A stretch of 64,000 nt of DNA from Candidatus Omnitrophota bacterium (lineage in GTDB: Bacteria; Omnitrophota; Gorgyraeia; Gorgyraeales; Gorgyraeaceae), in NCBI GenBank assembly GCA_018814825.1, contig JAHIYJ010000090.1, positions 1,321-65,320 of the forward strand. Reading direction: 5' to 3'. Numbering within the stretch: position 1 is the stretch's first letter; each line of letters begins with the position of its first letter. Made by a program: the position numbers and the translations under genes. Shown here piece by piece: positions 28,726 to 38,290 of the stretch. The notes under the pieces were generated by a model. It searched no databases. It had not been told where the DNA came from and saw only the letters and a program-made list of their open reading frames with translations.

Positions 28726-29061
28726 ATGAACAAGAAAGGTTTTACGTTAATTGAATTGATTATGGTCATCGTTATACTTGGTATCTTGGCAGCTGTAGCT
28801 ATCCCTAAATTTGTAGGGCTGCAGGATGAAGCCAAGCAGGCAAGCTGCGATGGAAATTTGGCCGCAGTCAGGTCAGCTCTATCTGCTTATTATGCTGTAA
28901 CAGCAGTTAGGATCGGCACAGCAACATTTCCAAGCGCGCTTACTAACACAACATTTACAGACAACTATTTTACAGAGCAGACATTGCCTGTTTGTCCGTT
29001 TGGCTCAACATGGAGCTACAACTCTGCGACCGGCGCAGTAAGCGGTCATGGCCACACATAG
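28726..29061 (+). CDS. Major type IV pilin (MshA/PilA-like)
   Basis: AGGAGG RBS; MNKKG|FTLIELIMVIVILGILAAVAIPKF; own promoter and terminator. Confidence 0.92.
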   Translation: MNKKGFTLIELIMVIVILGILAAVAIPKFVGLQDEAKQASCDGNLAAVRSALSAYYAVTAVRIGTATFPSALTNTTFTDNYFTEQTLPVCPFGSTWSYNSATGAVSGHGHT

Positions 29062-29098
29062 TATGAATAGGACTTAACAAGCAGTATGATTTTACGAT

Positions 29099-29148
29099 GG
29101 GGGAGAAAGAAAGGGGATAAACAAAGCCTTCGTTCTCCCCCTGTTTTT
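29099..29148 (+). terminator. Probable intrinsic terminator after major pilin
   Basis: GGGGGAGAA...TTCTCCCCC stem followed by TGTTTTT. Confidence 0.65.
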
Positions 29149-29155
29149 ATGGCCT

Positions 29156-30307
29156 ATGGATAATAAGATAAATATTTTTTCTATCTTCGCAATTATATTA
29201 TTGGGCGTCATAATCTATTCTAATGCCCTGAAAGGTCCTTTTGTCTATGATGATTTTCACAGCATAACAGATAATCCCTATATAAAACAACCGAGTCTTC
29301 TTTCTTCCCTGTTCGATCTCTCTTATGTAACTCATCCATCTCAGGCAAGATCAATATACCGTCCAGTGTTGATGTTTACATTTTTTTTAAACTATGCATT
29401 TGGCAGTTTTAACCCCATAGGCTATCATTTAGTAAATATTTTTCTGCATATCATGAATGGATTCCTGGTCTTTTTCCTGATAAAGGAACTTTTAGGGCCG
29501 GCGTATATTTTTAGAGAGAGGATTGCCTTATTTTCTGCCCTGATTTTTATCAGTCACCCCGTACAAACTGAAACCGTAAATTATATTATCTGCCGCTCAG
29601 AGTTATTGGCCGGATTTTTTCTTCTTTTATCTTTCTCTCTTTATATAAAGGCAGTGCGCTCTACGAAAGAAAGGTATAGTTTTTATAGAGCTTCTCTTAT
29701 TGCCTTTGGCCTCGGGCTTTTGTCCAAAGAGACGGCTCTTATGCTGCCCCTAATAATCTTTTTCTACGAATGCCTGTTTATTGGTTGGAAAAATTTTAAG
29801 GAATTCCTATGGCGGTTAAAAAGATACTATTCTTTTTTTGCTGTTATGGCCGTCATATATATCCTTTTACGGACGTTTCTATTAGGGAATTTTTTGGGGA
29901 AGTTGAGCATAAGTTCTCCGGTGAGGCCCCTTTTTATAAATCTCCTGACCCAAGCCAAGGTATGTGTTTTTTATTATCTTCGGCTGCTCTTTTTCCCATT
30001 CGGACTTTCTATCGATCACTATGTCCCTGTAGCTAAGCCTATTTTTGAATTCCCTGTTTTAATGTCTATTATTTTAATCATTATTCTTTTAGCCTCTGCT
30101 TTTATACTGCGGCGCAAGAATAAAGCTGTATCATTTTTTATTCTTTGGTTTTTCATTAACCTTATCCCAACAGGCATTATTCCTCTGCACATTATTATGA
30201 ATGAACACAGACTTTACCTTTCTACCGTTAGTTTCGGTTTTCTTGTTTCCTTGGCCTTGATAAGCGCCCCCGTCCTAAAAAAAAACCGCAATTTCTTAGT
30301 CAGTTGA
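29156..30307 (+). CDS. GT-C membrane glycosyltransferase, TMTC/DUF1736-like, N-terminal part of a split gene
   Basis: FVYDD, YRPV, YHLVNIFLH, HPVQTETV, LLSKE, EHRLYL; ends where the last TM/TPR part normally begins. Confidence 0.8.
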   Translation: MDNKINIFSIFAIILLGVIIYSNALKGPFVYDDFHSITDNPYIKQPSLLSSLFDLSYVTHPSQARSIYRPVLMFTFFLNYAFGSFNPIGYHLVNIFLHIMNGFLVFFLIKELLGPAYIFRERIALFSALIFISHPVQTETVNYIICRSELLAGFFLLLSFSLYIKAVRSTKERYSFYRASLIAFGLGLLSKETALMLPLIIFFYECLFIGWKNFKEFLWRLKRYYSFFAVMAVIYILLRTFLLGNFLGKLSISSPVRPLFINLLTQAKVCVFYYLRLLFFPFGLSIDHYVPVAKPIFEFPVLMSIILIIILLASAFILRRKNKAVSFFILWFFINLIPTGIIPLHIIMNEHRLYLSTVSFGFLVSLALISAPVLKKNRNFLVS

Positions 30308-31095
30308 TTCCCAGTCTATGCGTAATCTTTTTTTCTGTATTAACGCTAAACAGAAACCCCTATTGGCAGGATGGGATTGAGCTCTGGAAGGCATCTGTTA
30401 AGGTAACGCCCTATTCTAATCGCAGTCATCATAATCTGGGTATAGAATATCTTAAAAAAGAGAGATATGGCGAGGCAGAAGAAGAATTTAAAGAGGCTAT
30501 AAGGCTAAAGCCGGATTATTATTATGCCTATGCCTGCCTGGGTTATCTGTATCATAAGAAAGGTGATTACGGGAAGGCGATAGAGTGTTATCGCTATAGC
30601 CAGAAACTTCAGCCAAATTTGTTTATTACCTTTTATCTCTCAGGAAATATTTATGACGATGAAGGGAAGATTGATGAGGCTATAATCGAGTATCAGAAAG
30701 CCCTTTGGCTTAATCCGGATTTCGGGATGGGGCATTTTCGGCTGGGAGTGCTTCTTGACAAAAAGAGATTTTATTCTGATGCAGAAGCTGAGTATAAAAG
30801 GGCGATATACCTTGACCATAAGATCCCTGAGGCACATTATAATTTAGGCATTATTTACGGTAAACAGGGTAATGCCCTTGCAGTTGAGGAATTCAGAAAG
30901 GCGATAAAGATAAACCCAGGATACCCTGAGGCACATTATAATTTGGCCATAACTTACGCCGCCCTGATGCCCCCAGATCTTAGACTGGCCCGAGAACATT
31001 TCGACAAGGCAAGAGAATTAGGTTATAATGTCGATGAGGGATTGGTGGATACCTTGTTAAATTTTAATGACAAAGATGAAGACAAAAGGCCTTAA
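30304..31095 (+). CDS. TPR module, C-terminal part of TMTC-like protein (in -1 frame relative to upstream ORF)
   Basis: TLNRNPYW...LW...P...HHNLG followed by TPRs; TTG start with no clear RBS. Confidence 0.75.
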   Translation: MIPSLCVIFFSVLTLNRNPYWQDGIELWKASVKVTPYSNRSHHNLGIEYLKKERYGEAEEEFKEAIRLKPDYYYAYACLGYLYHKKGDYGKAIECYRYSQKLQPNLFITFYLSGNIYDDEGKIDEAIIEYQKALWLNPDFGMGHFRLGVLLDKKRFYSDAEAEYKRAIYLDHKIPEAHYNLGIIYGKQGNALAVEEFRKAIKINPGYPEAHYNLAITYAALMPPDLRLAREHFDKARELGYNVDEGLVDTLLNFNDKDEDKRP

Positions 31096-31795
31096 TGCCG
31101 GTTTTCTAATTCTTGCATCTCTTCTTGTATTATTTTCATATCTCTCTATAAAGAGGAATATTATCTGGAGTGACCCGCTCAAGATATGGGAAGAAGCAGT
31201 GAGGCTCTCGCCATACTCTAGCATGGCTCATTATAACTTGGGTATAGTTTTAGATAAGGATGGACAGCTGGATCTGGCCATGGAGGAATTTCAGGAGGCA
31301 ATAAGGCTTAACCCTTCACATGCCCTTGCCCATACCTCCTTAGGGGTTGCCTATAACCAGAAAGGCCTTTTGGATTTAGCAATAGAAGAACATAAAAAAG
31401 CCATACTTTTAGATCCGGATCTGTCAGAGGCCTATAATAATTTAGGCCTTGCTTTCTCAGCGAGTTCTCAGTTTAATGAGGCCATTGAAAACTACAAGAT
31501 AGCATTGGGGTTAAATCCGTGGCTGCTGGAGGCCTATAACAATATAGGCATTGCTTACAGAAAGAACATGATGTTTAAAGAGGCTTTAGAAACCTACGAA
31601 AAGGCAATAACGATTGATCCAGGCTTTAGTGCGGCTTATAATGGTATTGGCGTCGTGTATACCAATCTGGGCAATTTTAAAGAGGCAGAATACTGGTTTA
31701 GAAAGACGATCGAGATATCGCCTGAAAGCAAGGCTGCTCAGCTCGCAGCTGATAATTTAGCCCGTCTTGATATATTGTTAAAAACCGGATATTGA
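31067..31795 (+). CDS. Membrane-anchored TPR protein, paralogue of the preceding TPR module
   Basis: TM + SIKRNIIW...IW...SP...HYNLG + TPRs. Confidence 0.85.
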   Translation: MTKMKTKGLNAGFLILASLLVLFSYLSIKRNIIWSDPLKIWEEAVRLSPYSSMAHYNLGIVLDKDGQLDLAMEEFQEAIRLNPSHALAHTSLGVAYNQKGLLDLAIEEHKKAILLDPDLSEAYNNLGLAFSASSQFNEAIENYKIALGLNPWLLEAYNNIGIAYRKNMMFKEALETYEKAITIDPGFSAAYNGIGVVYTNLGNFKEAEYWFRKTIEISPESKAAQLAADNLARLDILLKTGY

Positions 31796-31806
31796 AAGGA
31801 GGTATT

Positions 31807-32655
31807 GTGGCCAGGATAAGCATTGTCATCCCTGCATATAATGAGGAGGCTTCCATCAAACAGGTGTTGATGGGGCTGAAGAAACTGGATAATGATTATG
31901 AGGTTATTGTGGTTGATGATGGCTCAAAAGATAATACTTATTCTCTGGTAAAGGAGTCGGGGGTGAAGGTGATCCGCCATCCTTACAATAAGGGTTATGG
32001 AGCAGCAATTAAAACTGGAACGAAAGTGGCTGGTTCTGAGATAGTGTTTTTGATGGATGCCGACACACAGCATAATCCCGCGGACATCCCGCGGCTTTGT
32101 GAATACATGGAAGAATTTGACATGGTCGTGGGCCAGAGGAGTAAGGGCTCAAAGGCCCCATTGGCACGCAGGCTTGGTAAGTGGGCCTTAAAAAGGGCCG
32201 CTGTTTTTTTGGCAAGGATGGATATCCCTGATTTAAACTCAGGATTCAGGGTAGTTAAAAAAGAGGTTATCCTGAAATTTATGCATATTCTGCCAGATAC
32301 ATTTTCTCTTTCGACCACTTTAACTTTGGCAGTCATAAAAGGAGGGTATACAATTAAGTATGTCCCGATAACCACAAAAAAGAGGGTTGGTAAGAGTTCA
32401 CTAAACCTCTTTAGGGATGGCTATAGGACTATACTTTTAATATTATCAACCATTGCCCTTTTTGACCCATTAAGGGTATTTACTCCTTTGGCGATCAGCC
32501 TCTTTATTCCCGGATCCATCTACACCGGCTATCAATTGGTCTTTTTCCACAATGTCCCTGATTCAGGGATCTTACTGGTTATCTCCGGCATGTTAATCTT
32601 TTTTTTCGGAATATTGGCAGAGCAGATTAGTCAGATGAGACGTCAGATGAGATGA
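31807..32655 (+). CDS. GT2 glycosyltransferase (polyprenol-phosphate sugar synthase-like)
   Basis: IPAYNEE, VDDGSKD, NKGYGAA, DAD, DLNSGFR, 2 C-terminal TMs; GGAGG + GTG. Confidence 0.88.
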   Translation: MARISIVIPAYNEEASIKQVLMGLKKLDNDYEVIVVDDGSKDNTYSLVKESGVKVIRHPYNKGYGAAIKTGTKVAGSEIVFLMDADTQHNPADIPRLCEYMEEFDMVVGQRSKGSKAPLARRLGKWALKRAAVFLARMDIPDLNSGFRVVKKEVILKFMHILPDTFSLSTTLTLAVIKGGYTIKYVPITTKKRVGKSSLNLFRDGYRTILLILSTIALFDPLRVFTPLAISLFIPGSIYTGYQLVFFHNVPDSGILLVISGMLIFFFGILAEQISQMRRQMR

Positions 32656-34064
32656 AGGCACTGTTAATTTACCCGCCCAAGCAGCACATGATCAAGACAA
32701 ACGTCCCTGAATTTGTTGATAAGGAGACAGGTTCATACCCGCCGTTAGGGCTTTTGTACATAGCCGGTTTTATTCAAAGGAACAGCAGTCACGAGGTCGA
32801 GGTTTTGGATACACAGGCTGAGGGATTGGATTATGTGCAGATCGAAGAAAAGATAAGAGAAAAAAGACCTGATATTGTGGGAATACAGGTCTTTACCTTT
32901 ACCCTCATAGATGCTATCCTGACTGCTGAAACAGTCAAGAAGGTGAGCAATAATATCCTGGTATGTTTTGGAGGGCCACATGTGAATATATATCCTGAAG
33001 AGACGATAAATATCCCTGAAGCCGACTTTCTTATTATGGGAGAGGGTGAGATCAGGTTTACGAGACTACTGGATGCCTTAGATAAAAGAGAAGGATTGAT
33101 GGATATAGATGGGATCATTTTTAAGGATAATTCCAGGATTATCAGGACGCCTCTAAGAGGATATATTGAAGATCTGGATTCCATTCCTTTTCCAGCCCGC
33201 AGACTCAGCCCGTATAAAAAATATTACTCCTTGCTGGCTAAACAGACGCCTGTTACCACGATGATAACATCCCGAGGCTGTCCATTCAGGTGTCTTTTTT
33301 GCGGCCGCCCGCACCTCGGAAAAAAGTTCCGTGCCAGGTCTGCCGCTAATGTGGTGGATGAGATAGAGGATTCTCTAAAGATAGGGATACGGGAATTCTT
33401 TTTTTATGACGACACATTTTCAGTAAATAGGGATAGGGCCTACGATATCTGTGACGAGATTTTAAAGAGGGGCCTGGAGGTCAGCTGGGATGTACGCACA
33501 CGCATTGATACAGTGGACGAGGGGCTGTTGAAGAGATTGAAAAAAGCAGGCTGTGAAAGGATACATTATGGAGTTGAGGCAGGAACAAAGGAGATATTAA
33601 ATGTTTTATGTAAAGATATCGATCTTAAAAAGGCAAAGGAGATTTTTAAAAAAACAAAGGATTTAGGGATAACTACTCTGGCCTATTTTATGATCGGTTC
33701 GCCTACGGAAACAAAAGACCAGATATTAAGGACAATAGATTTTGCAATCGAACTGGATCCTGATTTCGTTCATTTTTCTATTACCACGCCATTCCCTGCA
33801 ACCGAACTATATCGCCTCGGCCTGGAAAGAGGGGTTTTAAAAAAAGACTACTGGAGAGAATTTGCTTCAGAACCTAAAAAAAATTTTATCCCTGAGATGT
33901 GGGAAGAAAACCTCTCACGGGATGAGCTATCCGCATTATTAAAGTTTGCCTATAAGCGATTCTATGCCAGGCCCTGTTATATCATGAAAGAATTGGCCAA
34001 GGTCAGAGATGTCAGGGAATTATTGAGAAAGATAAAGGCTGGATTAAATGTAATCAAGAGTTAG
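32652..34064 (+). CDS. B12-binding radical SAM protein
   Basis: PPLGLLY, GGPH, GEGE, SRGCPFRCLFC, DDTF. Confidence 0.92.
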   Translation: MKALLIYPPKQHMIKTNVPEFVDKETGSYPPLGLLYIAGFIQRNSSHEVEVLDTQAEGLDYVQIEEKIREKRPDIVGIQVFTFTLIDAILTAETVKKVSNNILVCFGGPHVNIYPEETINIPEADFLIMGEGEIRFTRLLDALDKREGLMDIDGIIFKDNSRIIRTPLRGYIEDLDSIPFPARRLSPYKKYYSLLAKQTPVTTMITSRGCPFRCLFCGRPHLGKKFRARSAANVVDEIEDSLKIGIREFFFYDDTFSVNRDRAYDICDEILKRGLEVSWDVRTRIDTVDEGLLKRLKKAGCERIHYGVEAGTKEILNVLCKDIDLKKAKEIFKKTKDLGITTLAYFMIGSPTETKDQILRTIDFAIELDPDFVHFSITTPFPATELYRLGLERGVLKKDYWREFASEPKKNFIPEMWEENLSRDELSALLKFAYKRFYARPCYIMKELAKVRDVRELLRKIKAGLNVIKS

Positions 34065-34066
34065 AA

Positions 34067-35494
34067 ATGAATATCGTCTTAATCAATGTCCCTTATTTAG
34101 AGGTATACGGTAAGTTAAACGTAGGAAAGAATTCAAGCTTTCCTTTGGGTTTGGGCTATATCGCCGCGGTTTTAAGACAGGCAGGGTATAATGTTAATTT
34201 GCTTGATCCAGAGCCGCAGGGAATGGACTTAATTAATATAAGGGCATATCTTCTGCAAAAGAGGCCTGATATGGTGGGCCTTTCCTGCGCTACAGCAAAC
34301 TTTAAGAATGCTTTAGCTATTGGGGCCATTGTCAAAGAAGCAATAGGCGTTACAGTAGTTCTTGGGGGGGTGCATGCCTCGGCATTACCCAGAGAAATTT
34401 TAAGTAACTTTTCCCAATTTGATTTTTTAGTAATCGGCGAGGGCGAAGAGACAATAGTCGGGCTTGCTGCTTTTTTGGAGAGCGGCTATGGAAGCCTGGA
34501 TGATATAAGGGGCATTGCCTATAGAAAAGACAAGATGATTAAACTAACAGCGCCGAGGCCTTTTATGTCCATAGAAAAGTTGGCAGAGCTCCCTTTTCCA
34601 GCAAGGGATTTGGTTGATATCAGCCTGTACCGTCCCCAGGCGCATTTGGATCGCGGTAAACCTGCGGCAAGCATGATTACCTCCAGGGGTTGTCCTGCCA
34701 GATGCACTTTTTGCGCATCTTACCTGACGACTGGATATGCCTTTCGCTGGCGCAGTCCTGAAAGTGTGGTCAGGGAAATCGAGGATTTGGTTTATAATTA
34801 TAGGATAGAACACATTATATTTGTAGATGATACATTTACTTTTCTTGAGGATAGGGCAAAAAAGATTTGCCAGCTTATTTTAGAAAAAGGCCTTGAGATT
34901 GACTGGTATTGCTTTGCCCGCGCAGACAAGGTTTCAGAGGAACTGCTGTTAGCAATGAAACAGGCAGGCTGCTTCAGTCTTTTATTTGGCGTAGAATCCG
35001 GGGATGAAGACATATTGAGGAATATTAAGAAAGGGATAACTCCCCAACAGTCTAAACAGGCATTGGATACGGCAAATAGAATGGGATTTAAGACCTTGGC
35101 AGGGTTTATGTTCGGTAATCCTGGCGAGACGCCTGAGACTGCGAAAAAAACACTGGATTTTGCTGTAGAACTTAATCCAACCATCGCTTCTTTTAATATC
35201 CTGGTGCCGTATCCAGGGACAGAGGTATTTAAAACGCATTACAGGGAGAGGTTTAAAGATCCTGCAACCTGGGATAGTTTTTTGCCCAGGGCAGTAGAAC
35301 CAGTTGCTGAAACAGAGGCCCTTACGAATAAAGATTTGACGCGCTGGGCTTCCTGGGCCTTTATAAGATTTTATGCGTTACGTCCTTGGCATGTTCTGGG
35401 TATGCTGAGGAAGATAAAGACATGGGGAGAGATCAAGTCTTATCTAAGAGGTGCATGGGGTTTGACGCAGAGGATCTGGGAGTGGAGAAAATGA
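34067..35494 (+). CDS. B12-binding radical SAM protein
   Basis: PLGLGY, GGVH, GEGE, SRGCPARCTFC, GVESG. Confidence 0.92.
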   Translation: MNIVLINVPYLEVYGKLNVGKNSSFPLGLGYIAAVLRQAGYNVNLLDPEPQGMDLINIRAYLLQKRPDMVGLSCATANFKNALAIGAIVKEAIGVTVVLGGVHASALPREILSNFSQFDFLVIGEGEETIVGLAAFLESGYGSLDDIRGIAYRKDKMIKLTAPRPFMSIEKLAELPFPARDLVDISLYRPQAHLDRGKPAASMITSRGCPARCTFCASYLTTGYAFRWRSPESVVREIEDLVYNYRIEHIIFVDDTFTFLEDRAKKICQLILEKGLEIDWYCFARADKVSEELLLAMKQAGCFSLLFGVESGDEDILRNIKKGITPQQSKQALDTANRMGFKTLAGFMFGNPGETPETAKKTLDFAVELNPTIASFNILVPYPGTEVFKTHYRERFKDPATWDSFLPRAVEPVAETEALTNKDLTRWASWAFIRFYALRPWHVLGMLRKIKTWGEIKSYLRGAWGLTQRIWEWRK

Positions 35495-36165
35495 TGACGG
35501 TAAAACAATTCCAGACGCACCAGAAACGTTATTGGGAAAGAAATGGCTTGGCAAAGAGAAGGCACCCTGCGCATCCTGTGATAGAAGCATATGTCCTCCC
35601 AAAGATTAACATTCTGCGCAGTTACGTTGACCTAAAACCCGAGACTCGACTTTTGGATGTTGGCTGCGGCAATGGCTTTTTTACTTTCTACTTTGACAAG
35701 ATCTGCAATGCTTATGGCATAGACTATTCTGAGATAATGTTACAGATGAACCCTGTTAAAAAGACCTCCATTATGAATGCCAGTGACTTGAGATTTGAAG
35801 ACAATTCATTCGACGCAGTCTTCTGCCATGCCTTGTTACACCATGTCGATGATATTGATAGAGTAATACAGGAGATGAGACGTGTTTCCAGAAGATATGT
35901 AATAATCCTTGAGCCAAACAGAAATAACCCTTTGATGTTTTTGTTTTCACTGCTAGTCAAGGAAGAAAGGCAGGCTATAAGGTTTTCACTGCCATATCTG
36001 ATAAGGGCACTCAATAGGAATGCCTTATCTGTCATAGCCTCTTTTTCATACGGCATGATTGCGCCTAATAAAACACCGGCATTTTTTATTCCATTGGCAG
36101 GCTTGTTCAATTTCAAGCATCCACTGGGAATCACAAATTTCATAATAGCGGAAAAGTTGCAATAG
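35491..36165 (+). CDS. Class I SAM-dependent methyltransferase
   Basis: LLDVGCGNG, FEDNSFDAV, LHH; start at ATGA overlap 35491. Confidence 0.88.
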   Translation: MMTVKQFQTHQKRYWERNGLAKRRHPAHPVIEAYVLPKINILRSYVDLKPETRLLDVGCGNGFFTFYFDKICNAYGIDYSEIMLQMNPVKKTSIMNASDLRFEDNSFDAVFCHALLHHVDDIDRVIQEMRRVSRRYVIILEPNRNNPLMFLFSLLVKEERQAIRFSLPYLIRALNRNALSVIASFSYGMIAPNKTPAFFIPLAGLFNFKHPLGITNFIIAEKLQ

Positions 36166-36198
36166 CTATATGTGCAGAGAAAACACCCGTTCAGTTTG

Positions 36199-36226
36199 TT
36201 GATTTTGGTACGAGATGTGATATAAT
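36199..36226 (+). promoter_or_regulatory. sigma70-type promoter
   Basis: TTGATT-16 nt-TATAAT with extended -10 TG. Confidence 0.5.
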
Positions 36227-36263
36227 TTATAAAACATTCGGGTTAAAGATCTGGGGTTTGTTT

Positions 36264-36782
36264 ATGATGCGAAGGGGATTTACTATTATCGAACTTATAA
36301 TGGTGATGGTGATTATCGCCATTTTGGCAGTAATTGCCATACCTAGGTTTGAGAGTTTTTATGAGATAAAATTAAGAGGCACGGCAAATAGACTGGTTTT
36401 AGATATTAGGTATGCCCAAAGGGTGGCGATCTCCGAACATGAAAGCTATGGCTTGGAGTTTGATGCTGCAAACGAGAGATATCGGGTATACCAAGTGTCA
36501 ACAGATTTGCCAGCCAGAGATCCTTTGACTCGATCGACAGGCACGGCGCAATGGAACGGCGGCCTTGTTTTAGACTATAATTCAGATTCAGAATATGGCG
36601 GCATTGACCTGACTTCTGCTAATTTTAATGGAACAGACAGGCTGCGCTTTACTTCCTTAGGTGTCCCTCAAGATGCGAATGGCACTAACCTTAGTTCGAT
36701 AGGGACAGTATCTATTTCTTATGAGGGATCGAGCGAGACAGTCAATGTCACGCCTAATACAGGAAAAGTGACCCTACAATGA
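36264..36782 (+). CDS. Minor pilin (FimT/GspH/MshC-like)
   Basis: RRG|FTIIEL; DIRYAQ; FTSLG.P; VTPNTGKV. Confidence 0.85.
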   Translation: MMRRGFTIIELIMVMVIIAILAVIAIPRFESFYEIKLRGTANRLVLDIRYAQRVAISEHESYGLEFDAANERYRVYQVSTDLPARDPLTRSTGTAQWNGGLVLDYNSDSEYGGIDLTSANFNGTDRLRFTSLGVPQDANGTNLSSIGTVSISYEGSSETVNVTPNTGKVTLQ

Positions 36783-37264
36783 GACAGGAAGCAGGTATTA
36801 CCTTGATCGAACTGGTCTTAATTATTGTCCTTATCGGATTGGTCGTGCCGCCATTATTAACTGTATTTTCTGATATCACCAGAAGGAGTGCCCAGGCAGA
36901 ACTCATCTCTACGGCCAATGCTTTAACAAGGAGCTTGCTGGAAGAGATTGTTAGCAAGAAATATGATGAAAAGAATTCTTCTCCATGGAGCAATCCTTTA
37001 GGCGCTGATTCCGGGGAGACAAACCGGGATGCTTACGATGATGTCGATGATTTCGATGGATTTTCAGAGCCTTCTGTTCCTGGTTTTCCTGGTTTTTCCA
37101 GGAGTGTTACGGTTTATTACGTCAATCCCGACAGTTCTAATTTAGATACCCCTCAACCAGACTCCTGCAACACGTTGGATTATAAACGCGTAGATGTTAC
37201 AGTCAATCATCAATTAATAGGGGATTTAAAAATGTCTTCTATTGTTTCAAGGAGCCATTTTTGA
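36779..37264 (+). CDS. Minor pilin (MshD-like)
   Basis: AG|ITLIEL; LLEEIVSKKYDE and YDDVDDFDG motifs resembling MshD. Confidence 0.8.
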   Translation: MRQEAGITLIELVLIIVLIGLVVPPLLTVFSDITRRSAQAELISTANALTRSLLEEIVSKKYDEKNSSPWSNPLGADSGETNRDAYDDVDDFDGFSEPSVPGFPGFSRSVTVYYVNPDSSNLDTPQPDSCNTLDYKRVDVTVNHQLIGDLKMSSIVSRSHF

Positions 37265-37265
37265 T

Positions 37266-37757
37266 ATGAATAAAGGCTTTACAATTATTGAATTAATCAT
37301 GGTGATTGTCATAGCAGGCGTATTGACAGCTGGAACAGCGCCGTATATTAATGCAGTGATAGAACGCTGGCAATTTTTGCAGTTTCGCAATGAAGCAGGG
37401 ACGCAGGCAAGGAATGCGCTTGATTGGATGGTCAGAGAGATAAGAGAGGTAAAGGACAACAATAGTTTTGATATTGCTGATAGCTCTCGGCTTAAATTTA
37501 CCAATAGCAGTGATATCTCCATTGACTATACTCTATCGGGTAATACGCTTATGCGTAACAGCGATGCATTGGTAAGCGGCGTAAATAGCCTGCAGTTTGA
37601 ATATAGAAACGTCCAGAATAACATTATGAGTTCTTTGCCTCTTTCCTCAGGACAGAGAAAACAGATATGGCGTATTAGGGTAATCTTGACACTGAGTAGC
37701 GGAGGAGAAACCCTGACCCTGGAAACCGATATCTTTCCTCGGAATCTGGGAAGTTGA
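37266..37757 (+). CDS. Minor pilin (MshO/PilW-like)
   Basis: MNKG|FTIIEL; ALDWMVREIR; C-terminal PRNL. Confidence 0.82.
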   Translation: MNKGFTIIELIMVIVIAGVLTAGTAPYINAVIERWQFLQFRNEAGTQARNALDWMVREIREVKDNNSFDIADSSRLKFTNSSDISIDYTLSGNTLMRNSDALVSGVNSLQFEYRNVQNNIMSSLPLSSGQRKQIWRIRVILTLSSGGETLTLETDIFPRNLGS

Positions 37758-37760
37758 AAA

Positions 37761-38114
37761 ATGAAGAGACTATTTAAGGATTCAGATGGCGCAGCCTTAG
37801 TAATAATTGTGTTTGCAATGCTTGTTTTTGCAATGCTTGGAGCTGTTATTGCTTCGATGCAGTCTAGCTATTATGAAACATCTCGAACACACCTCCGTTC
37901 AAACCAGGCTTTTTTTATCTCAGATAGTGGTATGGAGAGAGGAAAGGAATTATTGAATGATAGTTTAGGCTCTTGGCGTCCGCCTGACCCTCCGGGCTAC
38001 TTAAGGGAATATATGACTGTGGGCGGAACCTTGGGCCACTACGATATCTACGTTGAAAGTGCTGGCGGGGGCAGTGTAAGACTGATAGTAGAAAGCGAAA
38101 TGAATGCAGAATAG
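37761..38114 (+). CDS. Minor pilin (MshP/PilX-like, short)
   Basis: DG|AALVII; QAFFISDSGME. Confidence 0.75.
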   Translation: MKRLFKDSDGAALVIIVFAMLVFAMLGAVIASMQSSYYETSRTHLRSNQAFFISDSGMERGKELLNDSLGSWRPPDPPGYLREYMTVGGTLGHYDIYVESAGGGSVRLIVESEMNAE

Positions 38115-38117
38115 GGC

Positions 38118-38146
38118 TTGAAATAGTGTTAGAAATCAGGTATAAT
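38118..38146 (+). promoter_or_regulatory. sigma70-type promoter
   Basis: TTGAAA-17 nt-TATAAT. Confidence 0.6.
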
Positions 38147-38233
38147 ATATATATATGATGAGTAACTAAATACTGAGAAAAGAGGTTATTTTTATCTAGA
38201 TATTTTATGTTTTTTAAAATAGCAAATAAAGTC

Positions 38234-38262
38234 TTGACACACAATAGTAGCTCTGTTACCAT
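38234..38262 (+). promoter_or_regulatory. sigma70-type promoter
   Basis: TTGACA-17 nt-TACCAT with extended -10 TG. Confidence 0.55.
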
Positions 38263-38290
38263 AAAAAGAAGACTATGGGAGGCATAAAAG

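Noticed and set aside
28726-29061. Electrically conductive e-pilin
   Set aside because: Position 27 of the mature pilin is Leu and residues 25-49 contain no aromatic residue
30824-30945. Direct repeat CCCTGAGGCACATTATAATTT occurring twice
   Set aside because: Explained by adjacent TPR units (PEAHYNL)
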